A stretch of 24,000 bases of DNA. Source: Chloroflexota bacterium (lineage in GTDB: Bacteria; Chloroflexota; Anaerolineae; Anaerolineales; Anaerolineaceae). The notes beneath the pieces are model-generated. The model saw only the letters and a list, made by a program, of their open reading frames with translations. It was not told where the DNA came from and made no database searches. Shown piece by piece: positions 22,727 to 24,000 of this stretch. The stretch covers positions 8,484 to 32,483 of the forward strand of contig JAAZOK010000075.1 of assembly GCA_012797815.1 (NCBI GenBank), read 5' to 3'. How positions within the stretch are numbered: the first letter of the stretch is position 1; each line of letters opens with the position of its first letter. A program made the translations under genes and the position numbers.

Positions 22727-24000
22727 CCTTCACCTCCTGGGCGATGATGGCTTTTGCCATTTCATCCGAGTAAGTAACAGCCCTGTCTATTTCGGGTATT
22801 TCATACATGCGGCGAGAACGCTTTTCCATTTCCGGGCGCAAACGCTCGTTTTCAGCTATAAGTTGATCATGCGGGATAGAGTCAATGACTTGCTGCAGCT
22901 CATTGATCACACGCGAATATTTATCCCCTTCAGCCGCACTGATCCATTCCACCCGGAATCTGCCGGGGGTCATTTCTAGTTTATTGAAAAGTTTCATCAG
23001 GCGATCTGCACGGGTAGCCCCCACCTGTTGCCCGGTAATATAGTGGCAATCCTGTGGGTGGCAGCCGGAATATAATACCGCTCCGGCTCCCAGGCGGAAA
23101 GCCTCATAAATGAAATCGGTGTCCATGCGTGCCGAACACATCACGCGGATGCCGCGCTCATTGGCACTGTAATCGAAGTGGCTGGTACCAGCCAGATCTG
23201 CACCACCATACGAGCACCAGTGGCAGCGGAATGCAAAGATCTTTTCCTCGGGTTTCTCTGCCAGCAATGCGCGCATCTGTGAGAGCACTTGCGCATCGGT
23301 GAAGTGCATCTGGGTGATGGCATTATGCGGGCATTCTGCCACGCAACCACCACAACCATGGCATTTCGCCACGGTCACCGCAGCGGCTTTGCCTTCTTCG
23401 ATGATGATGGCACCATATGGGCAGGCACGCGAACACACACCGCACACTTTGCCATCTGCCATGACACAACGATCTTCCCAGACCTGTGCGATAATAGGTT
23501 CGATCTCCCATTCATCCGAATGCAGGATGCGGCTGGCGCGGGATGCCGTTGCCAGCCCGGAGGAGACGGAAGAAGGGATGTCCTTCAAACCTTGGCAGGC
23601 ACCCGCCAGGAAGATGCCATCGGTCGGGCTATCCACCGGGCGCAGTTTGGGGTGATATTCCATGAACCAGCCGCCCGGGCTCTGGGTGATATTCAGCACC
23701 GAACTGACCGTATCCACATCCGGTTGCGGAACGGCAGCCTGATTGAGCATGACCATATCATATTCATGTTCCACCACCTTCCCCAGTGATACATCCTCCG
23801 AGTGAACGAACAAGTTTCGGGTTATCGGATCTTCGGTGACCAGGCTGGGACGTCCTTGAATGAAGCGAATGCCCATACCGCGAGCGCGATCGTAAAACTC
23901 TTCGTACCCCTTGGAAGGCGTGCGAATATCCATGTAGTAAACAGAAATATCCATATCCGGGTTCATCTGCTTCAACAACACCGCATTCTTAATGGCATAC
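22716..24000 (-). CDS. hdrA: HdrA-like FAD/Fe-S protein with C-terminal MvhD domain fusion; N-terminus lies beyond the window
   Basis: The frame stays open to position 24000 ('AIKNAVLLKQMNPDMDISVYYMDIRTPSKGYEEFYDRA', a typical mid-HdrA segment). Also 'IFLAGACQG', the ferredoxin insert 'CGVCSRACPYGAI' / 'CHGCGGCVAECPHNAI', then the MvhD-like 'CHWCSYGGADLAG...VMCSARMD...GAGAVLYSGCHPQDCHYITG'. Confidence 0.85.
   Translation of the reverse strand, partial: YAIKNAVLLKQMNPDMDISVYYMDIRTPSKGYEEFYDRARGMGIRFIQGRPSLVTEDPITRNLFVHSEDVSLGKVVEHEYDMVMLNQAAVPQPDVDTVSSVLNITQSPGGWFMEYHPKLRPVDSPTDGIFLAGACQGLKDIPSSVSSGLATASRASRILHSDEWEIEPIIAQVWEDRCVMADGKVCGVCSRACPYGAIIIEEGKAAAVTVAKCHGCGGCVAECPHNAITQMHFTDAQVLSQMRALLAEKPEEKIFAFRCHWCSYGGADLAGTSHFDYSANERGIRVMCSARMDTDFIYEAFRLGAGAVLYSGCHPQDCHYITGQQVGATRADRLMKLFNKLEMTPGRFRVEWISAAEGDKYSRVINELQQVIDSIPHDQLIAENERLRPEMEKRSRRMYEIPEIDRAVTYSDEMAKAIIAQEVKGGE

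Noticed and set aside
23289-23789. 166-aa and 118-aa + strand ORFs antisense to hdrA
   Set aside because: Antisense shadows of a strongly supported HdrA reading frame. Arg/His/Gly-rich composition typical of GC-biased antisense frames.
1-24000. Mobile elements, CRISPR arrays, tRNA/rRNA genes, defence systems
   Set aside because: Scanning both strands by eye, I saw no long repeats, arrays of spaced repeats, integrase/transposase-like ORFs, or tRNA-like T-arm/anticodon structures. Long-range repeats cannot be excluded without computation.

Overview
The window holds about 24 closely packed protein-coding genes, apparently from an anaerobic bacterium. The lineage cannot be fixed from sequence alone. 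I saw no rRNA, tRNA, CRISPR array, transposase or integrase. Left to right: (1) + strand housekeeping genes: a CutC-like fragment, an HX4D acyltransferase paired with a CDP-alcohol phosphatidyltransferase, class II fructose-bisphosphate aldolase, a NagD-like HAD phosphatase, and a RACo-like 2Fe-2S/ASKHA protein. (2) A minus-strand corA-mgtE tandem behind a leader of about 250 nt that carries a good promoter, a 31-codon sORF and an intrinsic terminator. (3) A DUF2807 protein and a Yip1-type membrane protein. (4) A divergent sugar locus. One arm has a SorC regulator plus ascorbate-family PTS IIA/IIC/IIB. The other arm has a phosphotriesterase-family hydrolase, BtpA/SgcQ and a UlaE-like epimerase. 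(5) An orphan membrane protein flanked by terminators. (6) A translationally coupled seven-gene minus-strand operon, whose first gene, hdrA, runs off the right edge: HdrA-MvhD fusion, HdrC-like ferredoxin, MvhD, two HydB/AsrA-like Fe-S proteins, a HydG/AsrB-like FAD/NAD(P) 2Fe-2S protein and a polyferredoxin. This looks like a Flx/Hdr-type electron-bifurcating module with no HdrB in view. The items most worth follow-up are the corA-mgtE leader (apparently not an M-box; it has an mgtL-like DPDPRR sORF), the non-canonical PTS/PTE/SgcQ pathway, and the HdrB-less Hdr/Flx-like operon. All functional calls rest on by-eye motif and family recognition. No database searches were run.
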